Part shown: in pieces, positions 32,661 to 43,400 of the stretch
Layout: each line of letters begins with the position of its first letter
How positions within the stretch are numbered: position 1 is the first letter of the stretch
DNA from: Candidatus Enterousia sp.
Lineage (GTDB): Bacteria > Pseudomonadota > Alphaproteobacteria > Rs-D84
DNA: 64,000 nt
Assembly (NCBI GenBank): GCA_045629645.1
Contig: JAZQRR010000006.1
Span: 3,042-67,041 of the forward strand
Reading direction: 5' to 3'
Translations under genes and position numbers: made by a program
The notes under the pieces: generated by a model
What the model was told of the DNA's origin: nothing
Seen by the model: only the letters and a program-made list of their open reading frames with translations
The model's database searches: none

Positions 32661-32878
32661 ATTTATAAAAATGGGTTCTGTTACCGTGTCTGAAACAATG
32701 GCTGTTCCCACCCCTGCGTTATCAAGACCGGTTATACACAGAACCCATCATCATATAAATTTCAACAGACATCATTTATATTACTAACTGTTATTTGCAT
32801 AATTTTCTGCTTGCACGAATCGGATAATTATGACTAGTATGAACTTATCGCAACACATACCAAACAAGGAGTAAATCC

Positions 32879-33256
32879 ATGATAATCGGGATTGGGATTG
32901 ACTTGGTTGAATGCGGCCGTTTTTTAGACTGGTCTGCATTTAAAAAACAACGCATCTTCACAAAAAAAGAATTAGAATACGCAGATAACGACAATGCCAA
33001 TTCAGAAAAACATCTTGCAAATTTCTGGGCCGCACGCGAAGCTTTTTTAAAGGCGATTGGCACAGGTTTTGGCGACGATATTGCTTTTTCTGATGTTTCC
33101 GTAATACATAATGACGCCGGTCGTCCTGAATTATTAATCAGCGGTGGCGCCAAGGCTGCATTAAAAACATTGGCTGGCACAGATGCAAAAATTCATCTGT
33201 CAATAACAGACCAAGCAGATTATTGTGCAGCGATTGTTATAATTGAAACAAAATAA
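32879..33256 (+). CDS. acpS: holo-[acyl-carrier-protein] synthase
   Basis: 125 aa. MIIGIGIDLVECGRF.., ..AAREAFLKA... SD AAGGAG. Confidence 0.9.
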   Translation: MIIGIGIDLVECGRFLDWSAFKKQRIFTKKELEYADNDNANSEKHLANFWAAREAFLKAIGTGFGDDIAFSDVSVIHNDAGRPELLISGGAKAALKTLAGTDAKIHLSITDQADYCAAIVIIETK

Positions 33257-33285
33257 AAAATCCGGTTAAACACCGGATTTTTTTT
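33257..33285. terminator. bidirectional terminator
   Basis: AAAAATCCGGTTAAACACCGGATTTTTTTT between convergent acpS and the ABC gene. Confidence 0.7.
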
Positions 33286-35098
33286 ACTCTTGCAAGAACC
33301 CTCCAGATTGCATTTTCCATAATCTGGCGTATTCTCCGCCTTTGCGCAACAAAGACTTATGGGTTCCTTGTTCTATAATTCCACCATCTTTCAAGACGAC
33401 AATTCTGTCCATATTGCGCAACGTTGATAATCTGTGCGCAATAACCATGGTTGTACGTCCTCTTGCCAAATCGTCAAAAGACTTTTGAATTGCAACTTCT
33501 GTTTCTGAATCCAGCGCAGATGTCGCTTCGTCCAGAACCAAAATCGGCGCATTTTTCAAAAACGCACGCGCGATTGCAATACGTTGTCTTTGACCACCGG
33601 ACAATTTTATTCCCCTGTCACCAACCATAGAATCATACTTTTTTTCTGTTTCCATTATGAATTCGTCAGCTGATGCTTGACGCGACGCTTTTCTTATCAT
33701 GGTCATTGACGCCCCTGGTTTTCCATATTCAATGTTTTCACGTAAAGAACGATTAAACATTGTTGGTTCTTGCGGGATAAAAGCAATATTTTCACGCAAA
33801 GAATCCTGGGTTACCGCACGAATATCCTGATTATCAATCATAATTTGCCCCTGTGCCGGATCATAAAATCGCATTAACAGATGAACCAATGTTGATTTAC
33901 CTGCACCACTTGGACCAACCAAACCGACACGTTCTCCTGGTTTTATCACCAGATTCAAGTTACGCAAAACCCATTTGCGTTTATACCTGAACGACAGATT
34001 TTTTATCTCGATTTTTCCATTTGTTACCGACAAATCTGGTGCATTCAATGCATCTTTGACTTCCAACGGCACAACCAATTCAGAATATGCTTTTAATGCC
34101 GACCCCAAACGTTCAGTAATAACAGGAATTTGATTTACAATTTGCGCAATCATACCCATAACACTGAAATATATAGATATGGTAAAGATAATTTCTGACA
34201 ACGTAATTTCACCACGCATATATAAATATGCGCACAACAATAACGTTGAACCATAACAAAGTTCCCATATCAGCATTGGCAATCCCCAGAACAGACGTTC
34301 TATAAAGAAAGCATGTATCTGCGAGCGAACACGTTTTTTACGTGGCTCTTCCAAATACTTTTTTTCAAATTTGGCACCTGCGAACAATTTCACAACAGAA
34401 AAATTAGAAATACTATCTACTATTTTTCCAGACACCTCACTGCCTGCGCTGCTGGCATTTTTATGCGCCCCTGACAACGGCTTTATCATTGCCCAACTGT
34501 ATGCGATACGCAACACAAACACCACGGCGAATATAATCGCAACATATATGTTTATCGAGAATATCAACCCAGCACTGATACACATATATCCAATCAGGCA
34601 CAAAATACGGCAAAAATCTTCAATCACACGAAAACCATCTGATATATAGTTTATCTGACTGTGAACAGACCCCGCCATACGCCCAGTCCAAAAAGACATA
34701 GACTGTACATGAACATAGTCAGTCAATATTTCTGAAATATGATTTCTTACCTTTGGTGCCCATCTGCCCAATACAGTTGAACTGCACAATCTGATAATTG
34801 CAATTCCCAACAACAAACCAGTTATTAATAAAATTGTCGGCAATGCGAATTGAACAAAGTTCAACCCCGCAGGAACAGGACTTTCAAACAACTGCACGAA
34901 CCAACGTTCACAATATGGGAACAATATCGTTTCCGATGTCGCAATGACGGACAAAATCGCCCACAACAGCAACATACCGCCCACACTGGGGACCGCATAT
35001 TTAACATAAAATTTCCATAATTTATTGGGTAAAACCAATGACTGTTTTTGTTGATTTTTTTTGGTTTCTTTTACCCTACCAACATTTCTACGTAGCAT
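33284..35098 (-). CDS. ABC exporter, fused permease/ATPase (MsbA-like)
   Basis: 604 aa. Six-TM N-terminal half. Walker A GPSGAGKST, signature LSGGQRQRIAIARA, Walker B ILVLDEATSALD. Confidence 0.9.
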   Translation of the reverse strand: MLRRNVGRVKETKKNQQKQSLVLPNKLWKFYVKYAVPSVGGMLLLWAILSVIATSETILFPYCERWFVQLFESPVPAGLNFVQFALPTILLITGLLLGIAIIRLCSSTVLGRWAPKVRNHISEILTDYVHVQSMSFWTGRMAGSVHSQINYISDGFRVIEDFCRILCLIGYMCISAGLIFSINIYVAIIFAVVFVLRIAYSWAMIKPLSGAHKNASSAGSEVSGKIVDSISNFSVVKLFAGAKFEKKYLEEPRKKRVRSQIHAFFIERLFWGLPMLIWELCYGSTLLLCAYLYMRGEITLSEIIFTISIYFSVMGMIAQIVNQIPVITERLGSALKAYSELVVPLEVKDALNAPDLSVTNGKIEIKNLSFRYKRKWVLRNLNLVIKPGERVGLVGPSGAGKSTLVHLLMRFYDPAQGQIMIDNQDIRAVTQDSLRENIAFIPQEPTMFNRSLRENIEYGKPGASMTMIRKASRQASADEFIMETEKKYDSMVGDRGIKLSGGQRQRIAIARAFLKNAPILVLDEATSALDSETEVAIQKSFDDLARGRTTMVIAHRLSTLRNMDRIVVLKDGGIIEQGTHKSLLRKGGEYARLWKMQSGGFLQE

Positions 35099-35247
35099 AA
35101 AATTTCCTCTTTTTTATATATGATACAAACCCGACAAAATATTGTCAGACACCATAAAACAAGAAAAATCTAGCACTTCAACATTGGTACCTCGTTACAT
35201 TAACAAAACGCACAGATATTATATCAACGCAAATTTTTTGTCAAGTA

Positions 35248-36324
35248 TTAATTTTCTTTGAATAATCGCGAAGGATTCACAGCACTATTTCCGCGCCTTA
35301 CTTCCAAATACATTTCTGGTTTATCAGGGTTCATACGACCAACAGGTTCACCTGCCAACACCTCTTGCCCCAGCGCTACGTCAATATTCCCTAAATTTGT
35401 CATAACGGTATTATATCCGTTTTTATGAGACATAATTACCACACGTCCAAATCCACGAAAACTGTCAGCGAACTTTATCACCCCATCTGCCGGCGCCAAC
35501 ACCAAGGCATCGCCACGCGTACGAATCCGCCAACCGTCAGACTTTAACCCCAGCGCTGTTTTTTCACCAAATTTTACAACTATTCGTCCACGCACCGGCA
35601 AATTTAACTTTTTTCGTGAAAAACGTTCGTCTTCGGACATTTCAGAACTGCCAACACCGGCCGACAATTCAGAAATACTTTTTGCACGCGCAGACAATTC
35701 GCGCAATTTTTTCTGTAATATCAACTGTTCATTTTTCAATTTTTCATTTTGTGCGCTGCGTGTCCGCAACAATTTATCCAATTCTATTTTTTCACGGTTA
35801 TACTTTTTTGCTGTTTTTTCCAACTTTTCCATTTCTGTATTTCGTTCTTGCAACACAGATTCCAGCTGTTTTATCTGCTTATCAGCCTTGTCAATTTCTT
35901 CGTCTAAGCTTTCCGCAACACCAGACAATGTTGCCGACATCAAAACATAATCGCGCATATCTTCGGTATTAAAACTGGGATGAGACGCGACAAACAATAT
36001 CCCCGAAGCCGCATCCGTAACAGATTGTTTATTTTTTTGCATATCACGCAATATCGCATCATGTTGCGCATCCAGTTCTGCTATCTTTTTTTGTATTTCT
36101 GCACGTTTATCTTCCAAAGAACTAACCTTATCTGCGGCTTTGACCAACTGTTTTTTTGTTTTGGCAATATCCTTATCAGACGTTTTAACCTGCTGTTCCA
36201 ACTTTTTATTCTGTTGTTCTGTCTGCTTGATTTGTTCATTTATTTTTGATAATTCTGCAGAGGAAGCATGCACATCATGCACACCACAAAATAAAACGAA
36301 TAAAATCAACAAGATATAACGCAT
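35248..36324 (-). CDS. coiled-coil LytM/M23-domain protein (EnvC-like murein hydrolase activator)
   Basis: Track ORF (TTG at 36333), trimmed to ATG 36324. Signal peptide, long Q/K/E coiled coil, C-terminal M23-like domain ..GVIKFADSFRGFGRVVIMSHKNGYNTV.. Confidence 0.8.
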   Translation of the reverse strand: MRYILLILFVLFCGVHDVHASSAELSKINEQIKQTEQQNKKLEQQVKTSDKDIAKTKKQLVKAADKVSSLEDKRAEIQKKIAELDAQHDAILRDMQKNKQSVTDAASGILFVASHPSFNTEDMRDYVLMSATLSGVAESLDEEIDKADKQIKQLESVLQERNTEMEKLEKTAKKYNREKIELDKLLRTRSAQNEKLKNEQLILQKKLRELSARAKSISELSAGVGSSEMSEDERFSRKKLNLPVRGRIVVKFGEKTALGLKSDGWRIRTRGDALVLAPADGVIKFADSFRGFGRVVIMSHKNGYNTVMTNLGNIDVALGQEVLAGEPVGRMNPDKPEMYLEVRRGNSAVNPSRLFKEN

Positions 36325-36565
36325 ACAATACAATCCACGGCTACAACAAACCCAAAACTATGATATCATAAAATTACTATAAAACAAGAAAGAGAAAAAA
36401 ATAACACAAAAAAATTCAAATTCTTCATCCTTTGACATAGCATATCAATCATATAAAGGCAACCTGTACCCTGCACACAAATACCCACATAACAAACAAT
36501 CGAAACTGTTAGGAATAAATAAATTCATACAAACAAAAATAAAAAACTGGCAAATTGCCAGTTTT

Positions 36566-36895
36566 TTATTTTTGTTTTGATTGTATTTTTTGACCAATAT
36601 TCCAAAACACAGTATCTGTTTTTGCAGCAAAATCAGCCTTTACATTCTCAGAATCTGTAACCGCTGTATTTTCTTTCTGTGGAATCTGAATAGGCTCATG
36701 TTTATCACCAGCTCCAAATGCTTGAAGTGCACAAAAACATGCATACATCCCAGCTGCCCAGCAAGTCCAATACATCACAAAAAAACCAAGTTTTTTCCTG
36801 TTTGTTTTCCTTTTTTTATCTGCATATGTATAAGAAACAGATTCCATTTCGCCCGTTTCTTGGTCATAAACCATACCTTTTCTTAAAGCAACCAT
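36566..36895 (-). CDS. small single-pass membrane protein, hypothetical
   Basis: Track ORF 36566-36928, trimmed to ATG 36895 (AAGGA 8 nt upstream). TM GFFVMYWTCWAAGMYACFCALQAF. Confidence 0.5.
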   Translation of the reverse strand: MVALRKGMVYDQETGEMESVSYTYADKKRKTNRKKLGFFVMYWTCWAAGMYACFCALQAFGAGDKHEPIQIPQKENTAVTDSENVKADFAAKTDTVFWNIGQKIQSKQK

Positions 36896-36928
36896 TTCAT
36901 TTATCCTTATTAAACAAACAGAATTCAA

Positions 36929-38137
36929 CTATTTCTTGATAACTTTCAAGAATGTCTTTTTTCCCTTTTGCACCATATATTCATCAGCCATAACAACAAT
37001 GTGTTTTGAATCTGTAATTTTATTTCCATCGATTTGAATCCCCCTCTGTTCAACCATACGTCTGGCTTCGGATTTTGATGGGAACAAACCTGTTGCAACC
37101 AAAAAATCTAAAACAGGCATATCAGATACGAACTCAATATCAATGCTTGGCACATTTGACATATCAACGCCCCCCCCAAACAACGCAGCAGATGCCTGTT
37201 CTGCCGCAACAGCCGCATCATAACCATGTGCGATTTCTGTGGCAGCAAATGCCAAAATCTTTTTCGCCTGATTTAATTCCGCACCTTGCAACGCAGACAA
37301 TTTTGCAATCTCATCTAATGGAATTTCTGTAAATATCTTCAAGAATTTTTCCACTAAATCGTCTGGTGTATTACGGAAATACTGATAATATTCATACGGA
37401 CTGGTTTTTTCTTCGTTAACCCAAACTGCATTTCCCGCAGACTTACCAATTTTATTTCCATTTGAATCTGTAATCAGCGCAGTTGACAGCACGAAAACTT
37501 CCTTGGCCAGCTTTTTACGGATTAATTCAATACCCATAATTGAATTACCCCATTGGTCTGCACCACAAAATTGCAAAACACAATTATGTTTCTTGTACAA
37601 TTCCAAGAAATCAACCGCTTGGAAAGTCATATAATTAAATTCCAAAAATGTCATACCATTATCTAAACGGCGCTTAACTGATTCCATTGATAACATTCTT
37701 GGTACGGTAAAATCCGATCCAAAATCGCGCAAGAAATCCAAATGAGAATACCCCTTCATCCAATCATAATTATCAACCATAATCGCATTATCATCATCAA
37801 AATTGATAAATTTTGAAATTGATTTACGCAATCCTGCACAATTTTTTTGAATTTGTTCATCTGTCAACATTGGACGTCCCTTGTCACGACCAGACGGGTC
37901 ACCAATACGCCCAGTTGCACCACCAACCAACGTAATTGGTCTGTGTCCATACTTTTGAAACCAACGCATCAACATCAAAGACGCCAAATGTCCAACATGT
38001 AACGAATCGCCAGTTGGGTCTGTCCCCCAATAAGCAGTAATCTTACCTGCATTCAGCGCATCATTTAACCCTTCTAAATTAGACACCTGATTAATAAAAC
38101 CGCGTGCCTCTAATTCTTTTAACAAATCATTTTGCAT
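36929..38137 (-). CDS. tyrS: tyrosyl-tRNA synthetase
   Basis: 402 aa. HIGH-type HVGHL, KMSKS-type KIGKS, C-terminal S4-like domain. Confidence 0.96.
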   Translation of the reverse strand: MQNDLLKELEARGFINQVSNLEGLNDALNAGKITAYWGTDPTGDSLHVGHLASLMLMRWFQKYGHRPITLVGGATGRIGDPSGRDKGRPMLTDEQIQKNCAGLRKSISKFINFDDDNAIMVDNYDWMKGYSHLDFLRDFGSDFTVPRMLSMESVKRRLDNGMTFLEFNYMTFQAVDFLELYKKHNCVLQFCGADQWGNSIMGIELIRKKLAKEVFVLSTALITDSNGNKIGKSAGNAVWVNEEKTSPYEYYQYFRNTPDDLVEKFLKIFTEIPLDEIAKLSALQGAELNQAKKILAFAATEIAHGYDAAVAAEQASAALFGGGVDMSNVPSIDIEFVSDMPVLDFLVATGLFPSKSEARRMVEQRGIQIDGNKITDSKHIVVMADEYMVQKGKKTFLKVIKK

Positions 38138-38205
38138 ATATAATACCCTTGGCTTCTAAGCAAGATAATAACACTTATTTTTATGACTTGCAAGACCAAG
38201 GCACA

Positions 38206-38238
38206 AGAAAAATCCCCCCAACAACGTGGGGGGAGATT
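38206..38238 (-). terminator. rho-independent terminator after carD
   Basis: TCCCCCCA-ACAACG-TGGGGGGA hairpin, with a T-run on the minus strand. Confidence 0.65.
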
Positions 38239-38796
38239 TTAATTATCTTCTTCTATTTCTTCTTCATCAATTTCAACCGCATTTAAATCAATTTCTTTTG
38301 GGATTCCCAAAATATCTTCAATTTTATCCGATGCGGCATCTAAATCTATTTTATGTAACACTGCAAATTCTTGTGCCATACGTTCCAAAGCACGCAAATA
38401 CAACTGACGCGCAGAAAAAGTCATTGTATCCGCAGCACTACGACGCTGTAAATCACGAACCACTTCTGCCAACTTCATTGGGTCACCAGAATTGATATTA
38501 TCTTCATATTGCGCCGCACGACGCGCCCAAATCATACGTTTAGCACCGGCCCTACCCTTGGCAGACGCAATTGCTTCGTCCATTTTTTTCACAGTTGTCA
38601 ATGGACGCAAACCAGAAATTTCGGCACGTTCCATTGGCACGCGCAAAGTCATATGATTTCTTTCAAAATCAATAACCAACATCTTAACCTTTTGGTCTGC
38701 CACGACCTGTTCTTCTACGCGCACCAGTTTTCCAACACCCTGTGTTGGATAAACAACATATTGTCCTGTTTTAAAATCTAATTTTTTACTTGGCAT
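38239..38796 (-). CDS. carD: CarD/CdnL-family RNA-polymerase-binding transcription factor
   Basis: Trimmed to ATG 38796. ..FKTGQYVVYPTQGVGKLVRVEEQ.. is a typical CarD_TRCF domain. Acidic C-terminal tail. Confidence 0.88.
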   Translation of the reverse strand: MPSKKLDFKTGQYVVYPTQGVGKLVRVEEQVVADQKVKMLVIDFERNHMTLRVPMERAEISGLRPLTTVKKMDEAIASAKGRAGAKRMIWARRAAQYEDNINSGDPMKLAEVVRDLQRRSAADTMTFSARQLYLRALERMAQEFAVLHKIDLDAASDKIEDILGIPKEIDLNAVEIDEEEIEEDN

Positions 38797-38913
38797 ACAC
38801 ACACCTTTCTACGGTTGCCATTCTCTCTTGTCGGTGCATTATAACATAAAAAAACAAGAAAAACAAATAATTGGCAAAAAAAATAAAGACCGGAATAAAA
38901 ATCCGGTCATTAT

Positions 38914-39462
38914 TTACCTGACAATACGTCTGACACCACCTGTTCTGCGCACACTGGATGCACGCGATATACCATCCGCATCAGACGAAGAAACCGCACA
39001 AATCCACTCGTCATTATTCAAAATTGCTGTCTGTCCTTCTGGACAATTTGGACGCTCCAAACGCCATGCAAAACACGCGCCTTTTTGATAAGACATATAC
39101 GTCGCGTTATCTGCGCCATTTTTTGTATATGCCCCATATTCAGGATTCCATTGTCCAACTGTTTCGCCACTGCACCACTTACGCTGCCCCCAGCATTCAA
39201 CAGAATGTCCCTTGGCATCTTCTAACAGCACAGGTTCTACTGTCATCTGATAACCGGAATTGGGCTTACCATCCTTGCCCATCATATTTCCAGTTTCCAA
39301 ATCCATACACCACAGTCGCTTACATTCCGCAGTAACGATACCATCTGTTTTTTGGCGTGTTTCAACCAACACATATCCCGCCCCACAAGACGCCAATAAA
39401 TCATTACAAAAAACTGTAACACCCGATAAAATTACAAAAGGCAAAATAAAATATTTTCTCAT
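38914..39462 (-). CDS. secreted cysteine-rich protein with a basic C-terminal tail
   Basis: Trimmed to ATG 39462 (MRKYFILPFVILSGVTVFC). About 12 Cys, ..NCPEGQTAIL... Tail RASSVRRTGGVRRIVR. Confidence 0.7.
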   Translation of the reverse strand: MRKYFILPFVILSGVTVFCNDLLASCGAGYVLVETRQKTDGIVTAECKRLWCMDLETGNMMGKDGKPNSGYQMTVEPVLLEDAKGHSVECWGQRKWCSGETVGQWNPEYGAYTKNGADNATYMSYQKGACFAWRLERPNCPEGQTAILNNDEWICAVSSSDADGISRASSVRRTGGVRRIVR

Positions 39463-39500
39463 ACCTTTAATTATACAACAAATTAGCATAATAAACAAAT

Positions 39501-39527
39501 AAAAAAATCCCCAAAGTGGGGACTTTG
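39501..39527 (-). terminator. rho-independent terminator (ATCCCC/GGGGA family)
   Basis: AAAAAAATCCCCAAAGTGGGGACTTTG. Confidence 0.65.
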
Positions 39528-39560
39528 AATAAAACCTGACACATTGATACTTTATGTTTA

Positions 39561-39869
39561 TTAAAATTCCGAATGTTCTTTTAACACCCGAGTTATATTT
39601 GACAGGCCTGTATACCCCTGAACTGGTCGGTCATTAATATAAAAAGTAATATGCGGTACATTACTAAATTCAATTTTAATATTATTACACAACCAGACTC
39701 TTCCGTTTTGTTCAAACCCCATCTTCTTCAAACAACCTATAATTTCCGGGTTCAAAGCAACTTCTTGCTCATCACCAGAAAGTCTATCTGGCGCTTTAAA
39801 AAAACACTTACCAAAACCACTAAATTGTTCAACAGCACAATTCTGCTGAGTTACATCTTTATTTTGCAT
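39561..39869 (-). CDS. hypothetical cytoplasmic protein
   Basis: Track ORF (TTG at 39875), trimmed to ATG 39869 with GGAG 7 nt upstream. 102 aa, no family recognised. Confidence 0.55.
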   Translation of the reverse strand: MQNKDVTQQNCAVEQFSGFGKCFFKAPDRLSGDEQEVALNPEIIGCLKKMGFEQNGRVWLCNNIKIEFSNVPHITFYINDRPVQGYTGLSNITRVLKEHSEF

Positions 39870-39990
39870 AATCAAACTCCTTGTTTAGTCCGCTTATATG
39901 TGGGACAAGTCAGGTTAAATCCACATTAAAACCTAAATACACATTTAGATTTCTGCATTCAATATATCAAACTTTTATAATAAATTCAAT

Positions 39991-40013
39991 AAAAATCCCC
40001 ATTACGGGGATTT
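39991..40013 (-). terminator. rho-independent terminator after bamE (ATCCCC/GGGGAT family)
   Basis: AAAAATCCCCATTACGGGGATTT. Confidence 0.7.
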
Positions 40014-40442
40014 TTATTGTCCCAATCCCGCAGGACTAAATCTTCCTATGTTATTAAACAGTTCTTCGATTGCGTTTAATTCAATCGCAGCAGGAATTTC
40101 TGTTTCACCCCTGTCTATTTTAACATCCGGCAAATCAGCATCATGCAAAACCTTGGTCTGTACGACACGATTTCCTTTTACCCATGCCAACAGCACTGTT
40201 TCATCTGTAAAAGTTGGCGCCAATGGTCCGCGATAATTTTCATCTGCGCCAAAATAAATCCAGACATTATCGCCATACAGGGTCTTAACCTGTGGCGCCC
40301 CAATCGTATCCAACAAATCTTTTGTTGTTTTTATTGCAGCAACTTTTTCTTCCAAATCATCTGGAAAAACATATCCACGATGTTTTGTTTGAAACGTACA
40401 CGCCCCCAAGAACAACAACGATAACAACAAGATTTTTTTCAT
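40014..40442 (-). CDS. bamE: outer-membrane protein assembly factor BamE (SmpA/OmlA lipoprotein)
   Basis: 142 aa. Lipobox LLFLGAC, then ..HRGYVFPDDLEEKVAAIKTTKDLLDTIGAP... Its ATG overlaps the nifJ stop (TAATG). Confidence 0.8.
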   Translation of the reverse strand: MKKILLLSLLFLGACTFQTKHRGYVFPDDLEEKVAAIKTTKDLLDTIGAPQVKTLYGDNVWIYFGADENYRGPLAPTFTDETVLLAWVKGNRVVQTKVLHDADLPDVKIDRGETEIPAAIELNAIEELFNNIGRFSPAGLGQ

Positions 40443-43400
40443 TATCCTTCCCCATTTTCTTTAACAATTGGTGTATTATGCATTGCAAATTGTGCAATAT
40501 GCTTTTTTAATTCGCTTTTATACGCATTATTTGCCTTGGCCATATCAACCAACTTATCAAACTGAGCATTTGCAGCACGCGCAGCACCAAATCTGGATTC
40601 TGTTTTCAAGAATTCTTCCAATGGCGCCAAATTATCCACATTTGAATCCATTGTCAAAGGATTATGCCCATCAGCAATCAAACGCGGATCAAATCTAAAC
40701 AACGGCCACGAACCTGTTTGTACCATTTGCATTTGATGTTCTGGACCATTTTGCAGTGCAAAACCATGTGCAATACATGGCGCATACGCCAAAATTATAG
40801 ACGGCCCATCAAAAGATTCAGCCTCGCGAAAGGCGCGTATTGCCTGTGCTTGATTAACCCCCAGCGCAATTTGTGCAACATAGGCGCCACTCATCATCGC
40901 AATCATACCCAAATCCTTTTTGGCATGTTCTTTACCACCAATTGCGAACTTCATACTGGCACCAAATGGCGTGGATTTTGACTGTTGTCCACCTGTATTC
41001 GAGTAACCTTCGGTATCCAGAACCAAAATATTGACATTTTCACCACTGTGTAACACATGATCGACACCGCCGTATCCGATATCATACGCCCAACCATCAC
41101 CACCAATAATCCAAACGGATTTATCTACAATTTCACCGACCAAACTCTCGGCCAGTCTGGCACGTTCTGAATCTATTTTTGCCAAACGTTCACGCAAATC
41201 CGATTCGATCTGACGTTGTTTTTCAGGATTGGTTTCTTTAAACAAATCTTCGACATTATCGATTCCCACCTCGAACAACAAGGCTTTTAAATTATCGCGC
41301 TTTTGATTTAATGCCAGACGCATTCCCAAACCATATTCTGCATTATCTTCGAACAAAGAATTTGACCATGCTGGTCCACGTCCATTTGCATCACATGTCC
41401 ATGGTGTTGTTGGCAAATTCGCGCCATATATAGAAGAACAACCTGTTGCATTCGCAACAACCATCCTATCACCAAACAAATGAGACAACATTCTGACATA
41501 CGGCGTTTCACCACAACCTGCACACGCACCTGGGAATTCAAAATAGTGTGGTAATAATTCGATATGTTTTGGAATATTTAAATTCAACTTATCACGTTCG
41601 ATATTCGGTATTTTTTCTGCCGCATCAAACGCCAACTGTTGTTCCGGCATAACATCTGCGGCATTAACCATCGACAACGCCCCAACAGGACAATGCTTTA
41701 CACATAAATTACAGCCTGTACAATCCGCAGCCGATATATTTATTGTAAAGTACATATTTGCACCCAATTCTGGTGTTTTCATTGGAACAACAGTAATTCC
41801 TTTTTCTTGTGCCTGTTTTGCCTGTTGTTCTGTCATTGCCTTGATACGTATAACCGCATGCGGACACAACATCGCACATTTTCCACACTGGATACATTTA
41901 TTCAAATCGACTGTTGCGACGCGATCTGACACACCGCGCTTTTCATACTTGGCAGTACCCACAGGATATTGACCACCACCAAACTGTCCATCGACACGAA
42001 ATCTGGACACAGGAATCGCATCACCGCGCTGTGCGGCAATTTCGCCCAATGTTCCTGCGATTTCTGACGGTGCGTCTTCTGTCATTGCAGGCGCAAAGTC
42101 CGGTGCAAAAGACGACACCGAAGACGGCATTTGATAACGCACCAAATAATCCGCAGCCTTGTCAACTGCTGCCCAGTTTGCCTTAACTACATCCATACCT
42201 TTCTTTTTATATGTTTTTTCTATGGCTGTTTTTGCACTTTGGGCTGCGACGGCTGGATCTATAACCTTGGTCAAATTAAAGAAATTCAGCATAATAAATG
42301 TATTTATACGATTTCCCAATCCCAATTCCATCGCGGCACGATTTGCGTCCAAGAAATAAACATCCGCACGCATACGAATCAGATGTTCTTGGGTATCTTT
42401 TGGCAGATTTGCAAACGCAACATCTGGTGCCATCGCAGTATTAATCATAACAGTACCACCTGCGCGCAAAGATTTGAACACATCAAAACGCTGGGCAATC
42501 ATAAAATTAGAAACACTTATAAAATCAGCAGATTCAACCAAATATTGACTTTTTATCGGATTATCTGCGAAACGAACGTGCGATGCGGTCAAACCGCCCG
42601 ATTTCTTGGAATCGTACACGGCATAAGATTGCGGATACAAATCAGAATTTTCGCCCACAATTTTAACAATATTTTTTACCGCACCGACGGTACCATCACT
42701 ACCGATACCATACAAAATAGCCGTTTTTACATCTGGATTTTCAACAGAAAAAGCCATATCTGTTTTCAAAGACAAGCCTGTCAAATCATCTTCTATTCCG
42801 ACTGTAAAATTATGATGGATTGTCCCACGCATTAATCCTTCAAACACTGCCTTGACATCACGCGGTTTAAATTCTTTGGAACCTAAACCGTACCGACCGC
42901 CAAAGACCTGGACATCTGGATTGACCACAGATTTAACATCTTGATACAATGGTTCACCAATACTGCCTGGTTCTTTTGTTCTGTCCAGAACGGCAATTCT
43001 TTTTACAGACTGTGGCAACACGTTACGGAACACATCAACTGGAAAAGGACGATACAAACGTATTTTTACCACACCCAACCCCGCAGGCAAATAAGGCAAT
43101 GTTTCTTCAATAGTATCAACCGCACTGCCCATTGCAACAATGACATTTTCTGCATTTTTGTCACCAACATAATCTACGACATTGTACCGACGTCCAGTCA
43201 AATCAGCAAATTCATCCATACAATTTTGAACAATTTCTGGCACAGAATCATACAACGGATTTGCGGCTTCGCGTCCTTGGAAATAAACGTCTGGATTTTG
43301 TGCGGTTCCACGTATCGTTGGTCTGTCTGGTGTCATACCACGCTGACGGTTTTCCAAGACAGTCTTGTTTGGTATCATTTTACGCAACACTTCATCATCG

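Noticed and set aside
32671-32787. 38-codon His-rich ORF (..HRTHHHINFNRHH..) resembling a his-operon leader peptide
   Set aside because: It has no SD, and its start codon is buried in an 11-bp stem. No terminator or attenuator follows, and no histidine-biosynthesis genes lie downstream (the next gene is acpS).
42131-42835. 234-aa plus-strand ORF inside nifJ, plus other long antisense ORFs (10955-11476, 49657-50061, 59359-59844 and others)
   Set aside because: They are embedded antisense or out of frame within strongly supported genes.
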